Assembly (NCBI GenBank): GCA_963514005.1
Contig: OY740814.1
Location: 7,750,001 to 7,814,000, forward strand
DNA from: Raja brachyura
Taxonomy: Eukaryota
Length of the DNA: 64,000 nucleotides
Direction of reading: 5' to 3'
Positions 11,901-26,900 of this stretch are shown one piece after another. A model generated the notes under the pieces. It was not told the origin of the DNA and ran no database searches. It worked only from the letters and a program-made list of their open reading frames with translations. A program made the translations under genes and the position numbers. Numbering within the stretch: position 1 is the stretch's first letter; each line of letters opens with the position of its first letter.

Positions 11901-14900
11901 GCATTTTATTAATTGCTGCTGGTCCCGCTGAGTTGCTCCAGCATTTTGTGTCTATCTTCGATTTAAACCAGCATCTGTAGTTCCGTCCTACACATTACTT
12001 TTCCACAATTCTCTGCCCAAGTTGGTTGCAATGTTCTGAAGTTCATGAAGTTAGTTTGGTAGGTTCTTAGTTATGCAACTTCAATGGGACAGTGCTAATT
12101 TCATACAGAATTTTAAATCAACCCATGTGCGATACTTTCATACACCTACCCATACGAGGCTGTTCAGACTTCAAATGAAGGTGCCACATGTGAAGAACAG
12201 ATTGACTCTTGTCTCGTTCGATTACCACAAGGTAGAACTTTTCAGAGAATGATGGTGCATGGAATCCTGAAATGACAGAAATGCAAACAATTTAAAAAGC
12301 AACCAATCTTCCCATTGAAATAAGAGAAAGCATGATAGAGCTTTGAGCCTAGGTATTATATATGAAAGTTCAGCATAAGAAGACGGAGAACAAAATGATA
12401 TTTATATCAAATTACATCACTAGAAATGATCTCCAAGTGTTAGGAAGTGTCTTATCCAAAGAAAGGAAAAAATGTAGGAGATGAAACAGCAAATAAGACA
12501 AATGACAAGTTAATGAAACACTTCTAGGAACTCTGACATTTTGAGAAACACGACAAGATACTTTTTGTCCAGTTAACAGGAGTGCTTTTCACTCAAATAT
12601 CAGCACAACAGTGCAAAGTTCCTTGGGACTGCACCGATGTGTCAGTTTACCTTTTTGTAATTAAATACTGGACAGTGATCAGAGGCAAAAGAACTCCCAA
12701 ATGAAATAAAAAATAGATTGGAGTAGATTTAAGCTAAATACTTGGTCAAAACATACCAAGTTAAAAGACTTTACAATTGACCCAGCATACCTTGTGCAGG
12801 TTGAGTAGAGGAAAATTCCTGCTCCTTATTAATTTTTTCTTCTAGTGGCTTATATCCCAGAATAAAATCTTCTTGGAATACATGAAGTAGTTGTGTGTTT
12901 GAGCCACACTGAAACAGTAATATTACAGGGGTTTAGTCAAACACATCACATTAAATATCAGCAGTTGATTTGTAAATTGGAGATTTCACATTAGGATAGT
13001 CATTCTCCATCCACCGAGAAGCCCAAGTGATGAGACCTTTGGATGGAAGTGGTCTCAGAGCTTCAGTAGGTTCCATACATGACTAGAAACCTTATACTAG
13101 AGCTTTAATTAACATTTACTCATTTATTACAGGGTATTTTAGTGAAAGGAGGAATGATCTTGACTGCACATGCATGGGGGGGGGGGGGGGGAGAGAGAAA
13201 GAGGGTAATGGAGAGAGAGGTCACATGTCAGTTTTGTACAACGTTATGAAGCCCCAGCAGCTAAATATAATAAGTAGAATGATCTGTGTGATGAAAACAC
13301 AATTTGCACAATTTCTGAACACAAAGTGAGCCAAAATGTACGGCGAACACTACATCCTACAATTTCACCATTGCCAATTAACTCAAGAAAATATAACTAA
13401 TCCTCCTTCAACTTGTATTTCACGTTCGATTATGGGGAGAGCTTTTAATGTGTACATTAGCACTAATGACTTAAGTAGGAAAAGGGATGAGATCCTGCAA
13501 AGTGAATATAGGATGTCTGGCGGAAGATTAAAAAGCAGGACACTGAGGGTAGTAATGGGATTACTCCCAATGTCAAGTGCTAGTGAGGGTAGGGATAAGA
13601 AGATAGAGCAGAAGTATTATAAAGATAGGGCAGAAGAACTTAGAGCCTGGATTGGTGCTCGGCACTAGGATGTTGCGTCCATTGTTGAAACGTGGTTGCG
13701 AGAGGGACACGACTGGCACTCGGGTTTTGATGTTTCAGATGAGATCCAGAGGGAGGAAAAAGAGGTGGAGGAGTTGCACTGCTAATCAGGGAGACTGCCA
13801 AGGCAGCACTCAAAGAGGACCTATTGCAGGGTTTGTCCACTGAGGCAATAAAGAAAGGTGCAAGGACTCTAATGGGATTGAACTATATGTCCCCTAATAG
13901 CAAATAATAGAGGAACAGATATGTAGGCAGATTACCAAAATATGCCAAAGCAACAGGATTGTTTTAAAGAAGGAACTGCAGATGCTGGAAAATCAAGGGT
14001 ACACAAAATGCTGGAGAAATGCAGGATTGTCTTAGTGGGCGACTTTAACTTCCCCAATATTTACTGGGACTTGCTCATTGCCAAAGGCTTAGATGGGGCA
14101 GCATTTATGAGGTGTATTTAAGAAGATCTCTTGAAATAGAATATGGATAGTCCAACCCTAGAAGGGAACATACTGGACTTTGTGTCGGGAACTGAGCCTG
14201 ATCCATATTCTGGTGTTGCAGTGGAAGAGCATTTTAAGGATAGTGTTCACAACTCCATGAGCTTTAAGATTTTGTGAATGGAGAAAAGGCTGGAACCTGC
14301 GGGAAGATGCTACATTGGAATAAGGTAAATGACAAAGTTATTAGGCAGGAGCTCGGGAAGGAGTAGTTTGGGCAAGTCTACATCTGACCTGTGGGAGTCG
14401 TTTAAAGGGCATTTGTGCGTAGTTCTGAACCTGCATGTTCCAATAGAGAGGAGGGATAAGGTTGCCAAAGTAAGAGAACCTTGGATGACCAAAGAGATTG
14501 TAAATTTGGTCAAAAAGGAAAAAAGTAAGTACATGCAAAATTTAAGTGGGCAATTTTTTTCCATACAAAGCATTGTTTGAATTTGGAATGCACCGAAGAA
14601 TGATACTGAAGACAGAGAATCTCATAGTTTTTAAGTATTTAGATGAGCTATTACATTATATTTACAATTAGATTATTTCTCTGGCATTACAAAAGAGGTA
14701 AAATCCACATCATATTTCACACCAGTCCAAATTTCTAACCTGAGCAGTTATTACATCCAGTTCAATAATGCAACCGGGACGAGCTGTTGATTGCTGGCTT
14801 ACTATGTTGAATACTTCACCAACAAGTTTCTGCAAAAATGATGTAATAAAATATCAAATGCAGCAGTTACAAACACAACATACGCAATGCAAAAATAATG

Positions 14901-17900
14901 ACAAGGGTTTCGTAAAAAAAATTATATATTGCTGAACTTAATAGAATTCATATTCTCAGACCCAATTCTGTGAATAAACTACCGAGATCCTTATCCATGG
15001 TTTAGTCACATTTCTACTTTATAATGCTAGGGATCTCCTTACTGGCATATAAAGACTCTGTGTACTTTAACGTTCAGTAAGTCCCATTTACCTGTATCTA
15101 TTGGCCTTGGACCTTCATGGATTCCAAAGCCAACAATATCATCTAAAATTTAAAATAAGTTATGAATGTTTACATTTCTACATTAACACCCCTATTCTCG
15201 CCTCCACAGTCCAGCACTTTATTGCTGTAACCCTGGTTTTCCTCAGCCTTGCCAAGCCATTAGTAACCACGACTTCAGCATCTGTACACTCCACTTTGCA
15301 ATCATGGCTTTCAAAAGACTTTTGGACAGAAATTTGGATAGGAAGGGTTTAGAGGGCTATGAGCCAAATGCAGGGAATGCCCATTTGGTTAACAGGGACA
15401 AAGTGGGCCTAAGGGCCTATTTCCATGCCATGCCGCTCTATGTCTCAATAATACATTTCCCCTCGTATATAACTGTCATCCCAGTTTCCTCACCTTATTT
15501 GTCTTAAAATCCACATCTTCCAAAATTTCTCAGTTCTCCCAATACCCATTTATTTTACATTAAAAAAAATCACAAAACTAGTCATATGATTAAAATTATT
15601 TAAGAAATATCTTATAATGTTGGTTATGATGACATCAATTCACTATCTTTCAATTTCACGGTCATTAACTCACCGATATTTCTGGATCAGACAGTTCATC
15701 CAGAAGTTTCCTAGCATCAACAACAGCCTGATAGAGTCTGAGATTCTGACCATCAGAAGCAACAAAGCAAGCACTGGCAGAGTTGCAGTATGTGCCTAAA
15801 GGTTAATGGAAAATGGAATAAGAACAATAATTTCATTATTATTTATGCTATTGATTGTTTAAAATTTCACAGCAAATAATGCAACGTAATATTTAGCCCA
15901 GCACTAATGGTGCCTTTTATATTAAGAAGGTGAAACAATGGGTGTTGTTAGCCAACATTGAGTAAATGTTTGCTTGAACATTTAAATAAGTTGTTCCAAA
16001 TAACTAGGGAAAGATGGAAAGTAATTCACAATTGTCTTCACATAGAACCTATTTGCAAAGATGTTGAACGTTCCTTTAAATATAATGGTTCATAAGTTAT
16101 GAAAAGGACATAACTTGTACGTTCTCCCCGTGACCGTCTGGGTTTTATCCGAGATCTTCGGTTCTCTCCCACACTCCAAAGACATGCAGGTATGTAGGCT
16201 AATTAGCTTGGTGTATGTGTAAATCGTTCCTAGTGTGTGTAGAATATTGTTAATGCGCGGGGATTGCTGGTTGGCGTCGACTCGGCGGGCTGGAGGGTCT
16301 GTTTCCCCACTGTATCCCTAAACTAAACAATACATTGACCACAACTACTTTTTAATTCCCATAAAATGTAACTTCTCCAGTTGATGGAATGGGATTTCAA
16401 TTGAAGCTCACATCAGGTTTCAGCATTACCAGTTTAGTAACATAACAAATGCTGTTCCATACTTATGTATTAGACAAACAACATTCCTGGTTGTACAGTC
16501 AATGAACAAGTAACATCAGTTATGGCATAACACCAATGGGTTTGCTACAAATGCACAATTTCAATATTACTAATGATAACTGTTCTATTTACAAGATAAG
16601 AAAACGGTCAACAACCAAGAAAATGTTCCTGAAACATAATCCCTCGGAACATGTTTTTGAGATTGCTTTAACAAATGAAATTAATATTAATAATTCTTGC
16701 TTGCACCAATCTTTGTTTGTCCATTTATACTACATGGACACATTGGGACTAGATGACACCGTGGGGATGCCTATGCTATCTTTTAGTCTTTGGGATCCAG
16801 AATAGAATCCAGTCTTAAGTCACGGAATCTAGCTTTACACAAAATATTCTTGGATATCACAACCCAATTTCCTTTGGATACAAGTCCACAACATAACACC
16901 CGTCACAAGAATCTTACAAGCACACCATCTTGTAAATGTTTATAATGTGGGAACTTTCTGTACATTATGTTGCTTTGATTTTGGTGGCTACAACCTATAA
17001 TTGTGTTTTCTCAAAAGATAGAGGTCTCTCGAGGTCTATTGGATCTTGATGAAAGATATTCTCATAATAGCCAGATGTTTATTAACTAAAAAGTGTATAC
17101 ATACCCAACTTCAAGAAAATGCCCAAAGGGTCGACAAGTAAAACGTTCTAAAAGGGCTATGGGATCTAATTTTGCAACGGTTTTCTGTTTTACCAAGAAT
17201 TAATTAACTTATTATAAGATTCAATTAATTTTTGACTAATGTGGCACAAACAAGCACTCTGATTATAAAGACACAATGAACTACTGGTTCTGGTTTACAA
17301 ATTATATGCTTGACCTACATCAAAACTAGCGTGAATCAAACTCACCAAGGCAGTAGCTCGGGATCAATGTTGGAAGCCAGGCCACATTTGAAAAGGCTGA
17401 AGTGTGCAGGGAATTGATACGTGCCAACTCTGAAACACCCCCGGAATACGATAATGGTCCTATTGGGTCCATACGCCATAGAATCAGTTCGCTGTAGATG
17501 GCATTAGGATCGTGAAATGTCCGTGTGGCAGCATTTTTAACCCGTTGCGTTCTTGGGCCTTTTAAGGATTTCACAGGTTCTACCTTAATCTTTTCTTTGA
17601 CAATGTCAGTTTCGGGAGTCACGAGAGCATTGTGATGTGAAGAAGTCAACAGCAAGGGCAGCACTGAATGGCAAGCCAAATCATTTAGGTGAAAACGATG
17701 GCCGCAATATCTGAACTTGTGAGACACAATCAGAACAGTGCTAAAGGCGGATTCTTCAGCAAAAGTTACTGCCCATTGATTTAGCGATCCGTCAATGTGT
17801 TTTGAAATCATCATAACTGATGGAATGACAATATTTACTTTTGAACCATACAAACAATGGGTCAATCCATTAATTTTTGAATCATTATCGGGTTGGTGTT

Positions 17901-20900
17901 TAGCATTTGTGGCAGTGCATGCATACATCATTATATTTCTGCTGAGCGAGTTGGCATCACCAGTAGGAAAAGCAACAGGAATCCGTGATGAAAATGCAAC
18001 CTAAAATACAAAAAGAATTAGATATTTTTCCTACTTCAACAGAATTTGAAAATGTTCCTGCCTAGAATAAACAACAATTTACAAGAGACCTCCTGACATA
18101 ATAAAAGCATTAAGAGGTGACCAAAGAGCCCACAAGGGAACCAAACTGACGAGAAGAGTTAGTGGCTCTGAGCAAAACATATGTAAAATGGTCAGAAGAT
18201 GATTTCTAAAGCAGCAAATTTTATTTTTTGTTTTGACATCCAAATGAGCAAATTACTTTGCTCAGCAGACATTTATATCTGCAGCTGGCATTATCTCAGT
18301 TGGTAAAACTTTATGAATGAATACGCAAAAATAGGTGTTCATTGTCCACTAAATTGCTAAAGTAAGATTTATATGATTCAATTTATATAAGAATTAAATA
18401 CATTCTCACACCATGGAACCAAATATTAAATGATAACTTCTCCTGGCCAAATAATTCAACTTTTATAGAGCCTACCTCTATAATTTGAAAGCTGCAACTA
18501 AAAGTCATAAGTTTAAAATAAAGATTAGTCGTACTCAGCCCGAGGACAAAATAAGGAAAGCAATGACTTGTCACCCAATACTATCATATCATTATTATGC
18601 ACAACAAATTTACGCTTTATGGGCATGTAGAGTTATAGTCAGAGTCAAACAGCATGGAAATAGGCCCCTTCGGCCCAACTCATCCATGCCGACCAAGATG
18701 CCTTGTCTTAGTTCATCCCATTTGCTCGTATTTGTCCCATATCCCTCTAAAAACTTTCCTATCCATGTATATATCCAAATACCTTTTAAATGTTATTGCA
18801 CCTTCAACTACTTCCTCTGGCAGCTCATTCCATATATGTAGCACCCTCTGCATGAATACGTCACCCCTCAGGTTCCTATTAAACCTTTCCCATCTCGTGG
18901 TAATCTCTAGTTTAAGATTCCCCTACGTTGGGGAAAAAATTCTGTGCATCTACCCCATCTATTCCTTTCATGATTTTATATACCTCTAACATTGGATAAA
19001 ACTTCGCACATGCAAGCACTTGGTTTGAACTTTCTGAAGGAACTAATGTAGAGCATTATTTAGAAATCGGGAACAAAAGATGCTGTTATCTGGGCCTAAG
19101 AAGTTACACGTTACTAAATGTGGGAAAGAGATCATCTTTTGGAATTAGGCTGATCACCTCAGAATTCATACTTTGATGCAAGTTTGAAAAATAGTAACAT
19201 TAAATTATTTTTTTATGCTGAGAAAGGAGGTGAAAAGATAAAAAGATGAAGAGATGGACCCATTCATAAAATTAAAATCGGGCCAATGATGATAGCAAGG
19301 CCCAGACGTTTCTGGAACGAGGTAACTTTTGAGATATTTCCACTCAGGATTTGTAATTATTACAGTGCAAACGGTAGGTATGTCTTTCTTTCCATGTATA
19401 CAAGTTTATAAATAGACAGGAAATGTGGGATTGTAATCACAAATTGATTCATAATTTCTTATAGAAATCGATTTAAGTGAAAATGTTTCCACAGGTTTCA
19501 AACCAAACATTGACTATATTAGAGAGCAGAGAATGTGCTTGTTCATAATAAATCATTACATGTTTTAATGCAAAACTCACTGCTAAATTTGATTACATTT
19601 CCAAGTAGTATCATTAAATTTCATCTGAACACATTTTTAATTTTTTTTTTTAACCTAGACTACTTCTATTTAATATATAAAATATAATTTAAGGTCTTTC
19701 GTCTGTACCTGGACTTGTCTAAATATTCCAGGATGGTATTCATCCAAATACTTCACATGCCACACCAAAAATGAACCATCAATAGGATGGATTGTAAACA
19801 GCATATCAGCATTCTTGTTCCACTCGGTTTGCAGCGTTTCAATATTTCGATCGAGCAAAATGGTGGGCAGCGGAACTCCAGCATAGGGCTGTGAAGATAC
19901 TTTGGTTCTCCCATCTTGTTCAGCCTCTTCAGATTCATACTCTGATCCCTTCTCTGAAGTTTCTTCTGGTTCTGTGACAAAATTGAGATAAACCAGTTTT
20001 ACTCAACCCAGGATTTCAGACAAGCTCGGTGCACTTTTCACTAAACATTTATGTGCTGTTTCGATCTCTAATGCTAATGTTCCACAATCTGAGACATTGT
20101 ACCTTTTGAAAGGAGATGAGGAGAAATGTCTTTAGCCCGAGGGTGGTGATCTGTGGAATTCATTGCCACAGACAACTGTGGAGGCCAAGTCATTTGGTAC
20201 TTTTGAATTTAATTTGAATTTCTTTATTTTTTGAGTATTTTTGAATTTCATTGTCATTCAAAAACACGTTTGAACGAAATTTCATCACCATGCAGTCATA
20301 ACAGTAAAAAAGCAACGAAACACACAATTATCCATCATAGTGACTCTCCTCCTGGCACCTCCTCACTGTGTTGGAAGGTAAAAAAAGTATTTTAAGGCAG
20401 AGATTGACAGATTCTTGATTAGCAAGGACATCAAGGTTATGGGGAGAAGACAGGTGAATGATGCTGTGAGAGAAAGATAGGTCAACCGTGATTGAAGGGC
20501 AGTGTAGACTCAATGGGCCGAATGGCCTAATTCTGCTCCTAGACTTATGAACTTATTAGGGGAACTTTAATATTGCTCTAAAATCTGGAATTATTACTGT
20601 AAAAAACTTTGACAGTATAATAAAAATGTAAATATTTTCATTGATTCTATTTATTTTTAACCACATCCAACATGATGTACAAAGCAAGTGATTGTTATTT
20701 GGGTGTCAAAATAGTTTGATGCCACTTCTGCTGTGAATTGCCAAATTGCTATAATGATACAGTCATCCATCAGAAGTATGCAGAGCAGGCAGATTACCCT
20801 GTCAACTGTGTGGAAGAAGTGATTTTACATCAACACTAGCATACGAGTTCCATTTCAAGTTCATGCACCTCACTTCACTTTGCACTGCCGAATACATATT

Positions 20901-23900
20901 AAGCTGCAAGCAAGACTCCAACCACTGCTGTTTAATGGAATTATCAACTATTTACTGGTTGATTGCTAGTTGACTTCTAATGGTTGATGCTTCAATTCTA
21001 TAAGTGTTTTGGGCTTTTTGTCATTATGTAAAGATGAATTGTTGTACAAGGAAAATAATGTGAAAATAATGGACATTCAAGGCATGCATAATCCATTCAC
21101 TAGTTTGGATATATTTTGGAATACTGCATTATATGTGTAAATAGAGGATGTGCAAAGAAAACAATCTACTCGATGAAGGAGGAGGCGAGGAAGAGGAAGA
21201 CACTCCAAGCCATAACTGCCTAATGTGATCAGTGAACATATGCCCTATTCTGTCTCAATGAAGAATTAAATACATTTATCAAGGAGCTTCACTGAAATCT
21301 GGACCACTGGTGCACCCACAGTAGCCGTTGAATATGACTCTTCAGCAATTGGAGACCCAGGAGGTCATATGCATGCTACTGATCAAACGCATAAATCAAT
21401 CTAAAACATTTGGTGGCTACTATTTGCATAGCATGGGAATTTACAACTTCAGCAATCAGACTTCAGCTTCTGAACAGTTACACAAGTTAGTTCGCTGGTA
21501 TACAAACTGAGTTCACCACCACTTTCACGCTGCATGGGATAGATTCCATGCTCCGAATTGAACTTCGCACTCCTTGATATGGAGGATACACCTCCTGGCT
21601 GGCCTCTCAACACCAAGCATTTAGGTTGACATACCTCACACCTTTTTAAAAAAAAATGGGGACTACTCCATTAAAATCCTCATTAGGGTTGGCCAAAGCA
21701 TGACCTTACTCTCTGCAACATTAATATCCAGATTAGCTTTGCCTCTGCCATAGCTGTAAAGCTTCATTTCCATAGTCTCATCATCTTCGTAATATATCTG
21801 AAATGACATGCCGTGCCTATCTGACTATAAGTTGCAAGTGTGAATCAAGCCATTGTGCCTAGTCTTTGGCCAGGCAGCAGCCCGACAGTCTGAAAGGGAC
21901 AAGGAATGGGGTAAGTGAGAAGTGCGCGCTTCTGATGTAGATATATCAGAAAAGTCTGTGAAAGAAGGAAAAGTAGGATGCGAGTTGGAGAATTTGCTGC
22001 AATTATCTTGAACGGCTGCAGTAGCAGATGCAACAAAATCAGCAATGTCCAACAAAATCCTACTTAAAATGATTTTTTTATGGCGTGCTTGGCATCTTCT
22101 GCTACAGATAACATGCTGGCTTTGATATGTTTGGATATTAGGGAAGAGGTCCTTAATCAGCGAGTGTTGCAAAATAAGTTGAGTGGCTTGGATGGTTGGT
22201 TAGATAACTGGATGTGTGCAAGCTGTGGTATTCGTGACAGGAGTTTGCAAAAGTGAGAGAGAGCTGAGCCAAGCATTTGAACACATGTACAGATCCTGAT
22301 TGACAAAGACAGTTGGAAGATGAGTGATAGGCATGGTGAACCGAATCGTTTTTGAGGTTAGTGTTGCAGCTCAGAGACAGCATTTAATGATGTAGGCTCC
22401 GTCCTTAATGACTTGTATTAAGCATCTTCAAACACAGCATTCAGATTAATAGAACGTAAATCCTACCATTTACTCTCAGGGTTTTTGAGTGCAGATCTTC
22501 TGCCAGACCTAGGATATATTTTCCACATTTCTATTACTCCACCAAGACTTAATATTGCATTCAAAACATAACATTTTCTAATTTCAAGCAATAAAGTTCG
22601 AAAAGAATGTGTTCAAAATTATTTATAAGATTGTTTGCTTCCCCGCTAACATTTTAGCTCTTACTTCTACTGAAAACTCCATGCATTCAGTTTGATCATT
22701 GAATCATGCAGGGCAAGAATGTTGAACATCCAGCTCTGGACCTGGAGCAGGAAAGCAGAAGAGGCTCGTGATTGTTACAATACTAGCTTGGTCAAACTAC
22801 TGCCATGGAATACGAGATCATTAAGAATCACTCAGAATTCACAGGATCAAGCCCCTGTCCCACTTAGGATACCTAAACAGCAACCTCTGGTGACCTTGCC
22901 CGCCACCCAAAAAAAAAAAAAAATCAAGGTTGAGGTGACCTGCAGCCTCCTACCACCTCCCACGCATATGTTGAAAACCTTCCGCGACTATGAAAAAGAA
23001 CGGCTTCGACTAGACCTACGACTAAAAAATTATCGATTTTTAAAACGGCAACCTATTTTTAGTCAAGGCCGGTTTTAATCATGATGAAAAAATTGAAGCC
23101 TCGACCATGCGGAAACCACTTTCGACCATTAGGGAGAGTGACCAAAACCTCCGGTGACCTCATGGAAACCTTGGGTGGCGGGCAAGGTCACCAGAGGTTG
23201 CAGTTTAGATCTCCTAAGTTGGACAGGGGCCAAGTTACCTGGCCCAGAAAATTAATGATAGATTAATAACCAGGGGATGCTCAGCTAAAGTTTAAGTTAT
23301 GCATTATGTGGGAATATAGAAACACTTTATTGATGATTACTTCTGACCAAATAACATTGTAAACACAAGCAATAATAGTTGTGAAAGGACCAGGAGCAAC
23401 TTTAACCAATCAATAGAAATTATGTAGTTCACAAAAAAATTAAATGTTTTCCATTCTTGTTCACATTATTAAAAAGGTGCCCCATTTTGGTCCCACTTTA
23501 TGATGTATTTTAATTAACCACAAGATTCCTTTCTTAAACTTATTTGATTTCTCATAGAACATGCACAATATATTGCATGATTTTTCTGCAATTTTCTGGT
23601 AAGAACCAAGTTTGGAAATTTTGTGAAAGCAATATTAAGACGACCAAATCCTAATCAGCATGGCCATTGGTCATGTGGCCCATACCCATAAAGGTCTCCC
23701 TTGGTGCATGGACAGAAACAAAACAGAATTACAGCCAATGTCTTATCCAACATTATCAATTACATTTCTTAGAAAGAACAAATCCTACTATAGATCAAAT
23801 TATGCACAATGTACAACACAACTTACTACTTGCTATGCTCACCAGTATCTAGTTTCAATCTCAATCCATTCTGACTGGCAATGTCGAACTCATCCTCCAT

Positions 23901-26900
23901 CTGTTGATCTGTGAGTTTCCTTAGATGCTCCATGAATATTTCAATAGAGGATGTAAAATGGAGCTCTTTGTTGTTCAGCCAATGAACGACAAAATTTCCA
24001 CCACCTTCTTCGATGTTGAAAGCTGTTCCAGCTAGTGCTGGTGGAATATCTGTGCATAACAATTGAACTATTAGCTTCCTCAAGTGCAACACCAAACCAA
24101 GAAATATATTCATCTTCATCTAAATTGCATTTTGCATTAAATCAAACTGATGCATCAAATCAACGGAACAATTGAAAATGTTTTGAACGCAGCTGCATTT
24201 TGCTTCAATGTGGTTTAAGCAAATGCTTTCAAAGCATTTTCAAATTTAAAATATTTGCTAAAAAAAAGGCCAGAGAAATAAAAGTGCATTTCTATGCGGT
24301 GTATTTTAACTAACCTCAAGATTCTATTCTTGAAGATAATTCTTTCCTAGCTAGATAATACATGCACAGTCCCTTTGCAATTTTCTGGCAAGGACTGGGT
24401 TTCAAAACTTTGTAACAGCAATATTAACAAACACCAGATCCAAATCAGCACGGCCATTGAGCCAGACATTGGTTGTGCGGATCATACCCACAAAGATATC
24501 CGGCTCCATTTCCATGGATTCTTCTTCATCTCCAGCCTCAACTTATAGGTGAGCCTAAGTTTAATTGCACTCAACCAAGTGTGTTAAATACCTTAAAGAC
24601 CAGTGTCACTTTTATGGCTCTTCGCTGAAGGTAGAAAATCTTGTCTTGAGGAGTTTCTCCACCCCTCTCTACCCACCCACGAGCATTACATGAGGATTTT
24701 TTTTTATTTTTATAGACACATAAATGCTTAATTGCTACAATCCCATACCTAACATATGCCACAAGTCCAAAGGCTAACCGACTTTACAGCAATTTATTAA
24801 GATTCCACCAAACCTTGAGAGAATCTAGGAAAATAGTCACAGATTTCAAAGGTGAGTTCTATAGAGTAGAAATAATTTTTCCTCAATTGTCACTTCAGTA
24901 ACTTCCAAAAGTAAAATCTGAAATTTCAGCTCAGTAAAAAGGGTTTATTACTTGAAATATCAAGAGTTTATTAGAATATCACAACACTTTTAACAAGAAT
25001 GTGGAATATCCAAATGATCTACCAAGTCGTTTACTAATTTCTGAAGTTGTGCTCCAGTCAAAGCTGGCAAGGATATCAACTCTGGCAGACAGGAACCAGA
25101 AATGGGATAAAGGTAGAATTGGAATGAGAGACAATAGACAATAGGTGCAGGAGTAGGCCATTCGGCACTTCGAGCCAGCACCGCCATTCAATATGATCAT
25201 GGCTAATCATCCTCAATCAGTACCCCGTTCCTGCCTTCTCCCCATATCCCCTGCTATAGTTAAGAGCCCTATCTAGCTCTCTCTTGAAAGCATCCAGAGA
25301 ACCAGCCTCCACCGCCCTCTGAGGCAGAGAATTCCACAGACTCACCGCTCTCTGTGAGAAAAAGTGTTTCCTCATCTCCGTTCTAAATGGCTTACTCCTT
25401 ATTCTTAAACTGTGGCCCCTGGTTCAGCACTCCCCCAACATCGGGAACATGTTTCCTGCCTCTAGCGTGTCCAAGCCCTTAACAATCTTATATGTTTCAA
25501 TGAGATCCCCTCTCATCATTCTAAACTCCAGAGTGCACAAGCCCAGCTGCTCCATTCTCTCAGCATATGACAGTCCCGCCATCCCAGGAATTAACCTTGT
25601 AAGCCTACGCTGCACTCCCTCAATAGCAAGAATGTCCTTCCTCAAATTAGGGGACCAAAACTGGAGAGAAGGAAAGCAGTCCTGTATTCAACATGGTACC
25701 TAAAGAGCCTTACTGAAGAATAGAAATATTCTTTAAGTGGCCTATTCTGACATAACTGTTCTAACACATCAGATTTAGTTGGAGAATATCACACCAGGCT
25801 GACATCTTCCCAAATAAATTTGCTGCACAAGTCAACAGATTGTGGCTTTAAGGTTTAAATTAAGGCCGTGCCTGAATGGAAACATGAACCTCGGACTTTT
25901 CAAAGTCATTGAAGATAAAACAACACCAGGAGGGAATTGTATGCCTTTGGGCCAGAAAGCTGACATTGCATGATTTTCAATCTGCCCCACAAGAGCTGCT
26001 CTTAAAATAGCCAGATGAATTTCAAAACTGAAAGTTATTTTTACCTTTGATTTGTCAATTTGTATTTAAATAACTTAGATTACCTTAACTTGGAAAAAAA
26101 AGTTCTATTGATGCCAACCTGTATTCGGATTAATGCTTGCCGCAATATGGAAGTGACATAGAGCATTAGCATAATGCGATATTTGTCTGTGGACTTCATG
26201 CGACCCAAGCTGGTTTGGCAAAACTTCCATATGGGCAGTCAGGACTGAGGACCTGCGACGGCCACTGAGATGCTTCAAATGATGAATTGTCTGCAAAATA
26301 TATTATTAATCCAGTTAATCAATGAACAAGTATTCATGTGAGTGTAAGGTAATTCGTGCTTTAGCAAACGCCTAGTTTGGATCAATACAGTTTAAATGCA
26401 ACTAAGCTTGTCTAATTGATGACAATCTTATATTTTAGCAATTTATACCAGCGACAATTGCCAAAAATTCAATAAGCTACTTGTATATGCAGCCCTTTAT
26501 CAACAAAGTATTTTTCAACATGGTCTTCCCCACGGATGATACTAAACGTACAAAGAATATAATGACAAAGGTTGCCTGAAAATCCTGACAAAAAGGAAAC
26601 AAATTATGCTTGATCCAGTCCAGATCTCACGTTTGCTGCAGTCAAGCCAAAATGAAGGGTGGGTGTTCTGAGGTCTGATCATGAGGGGATAACTGTACCG
26701 ACAGGAGAACACAAATAAGCACAATAAAAGCAGTAATGCATGAAACATCAAGGCCTGCGACTTTCTGGACTTACTCTCCTGCAGTCTGTGAGAGCCCATG
26801 CAAAAATATTTAGTGCACCCATTTCACCCACTATCCTGACCCTCCATCCCCTTTCGCCTGTATCCCTTCCTCTGGCTTCACATTTCACTCTCTTCTCTCC

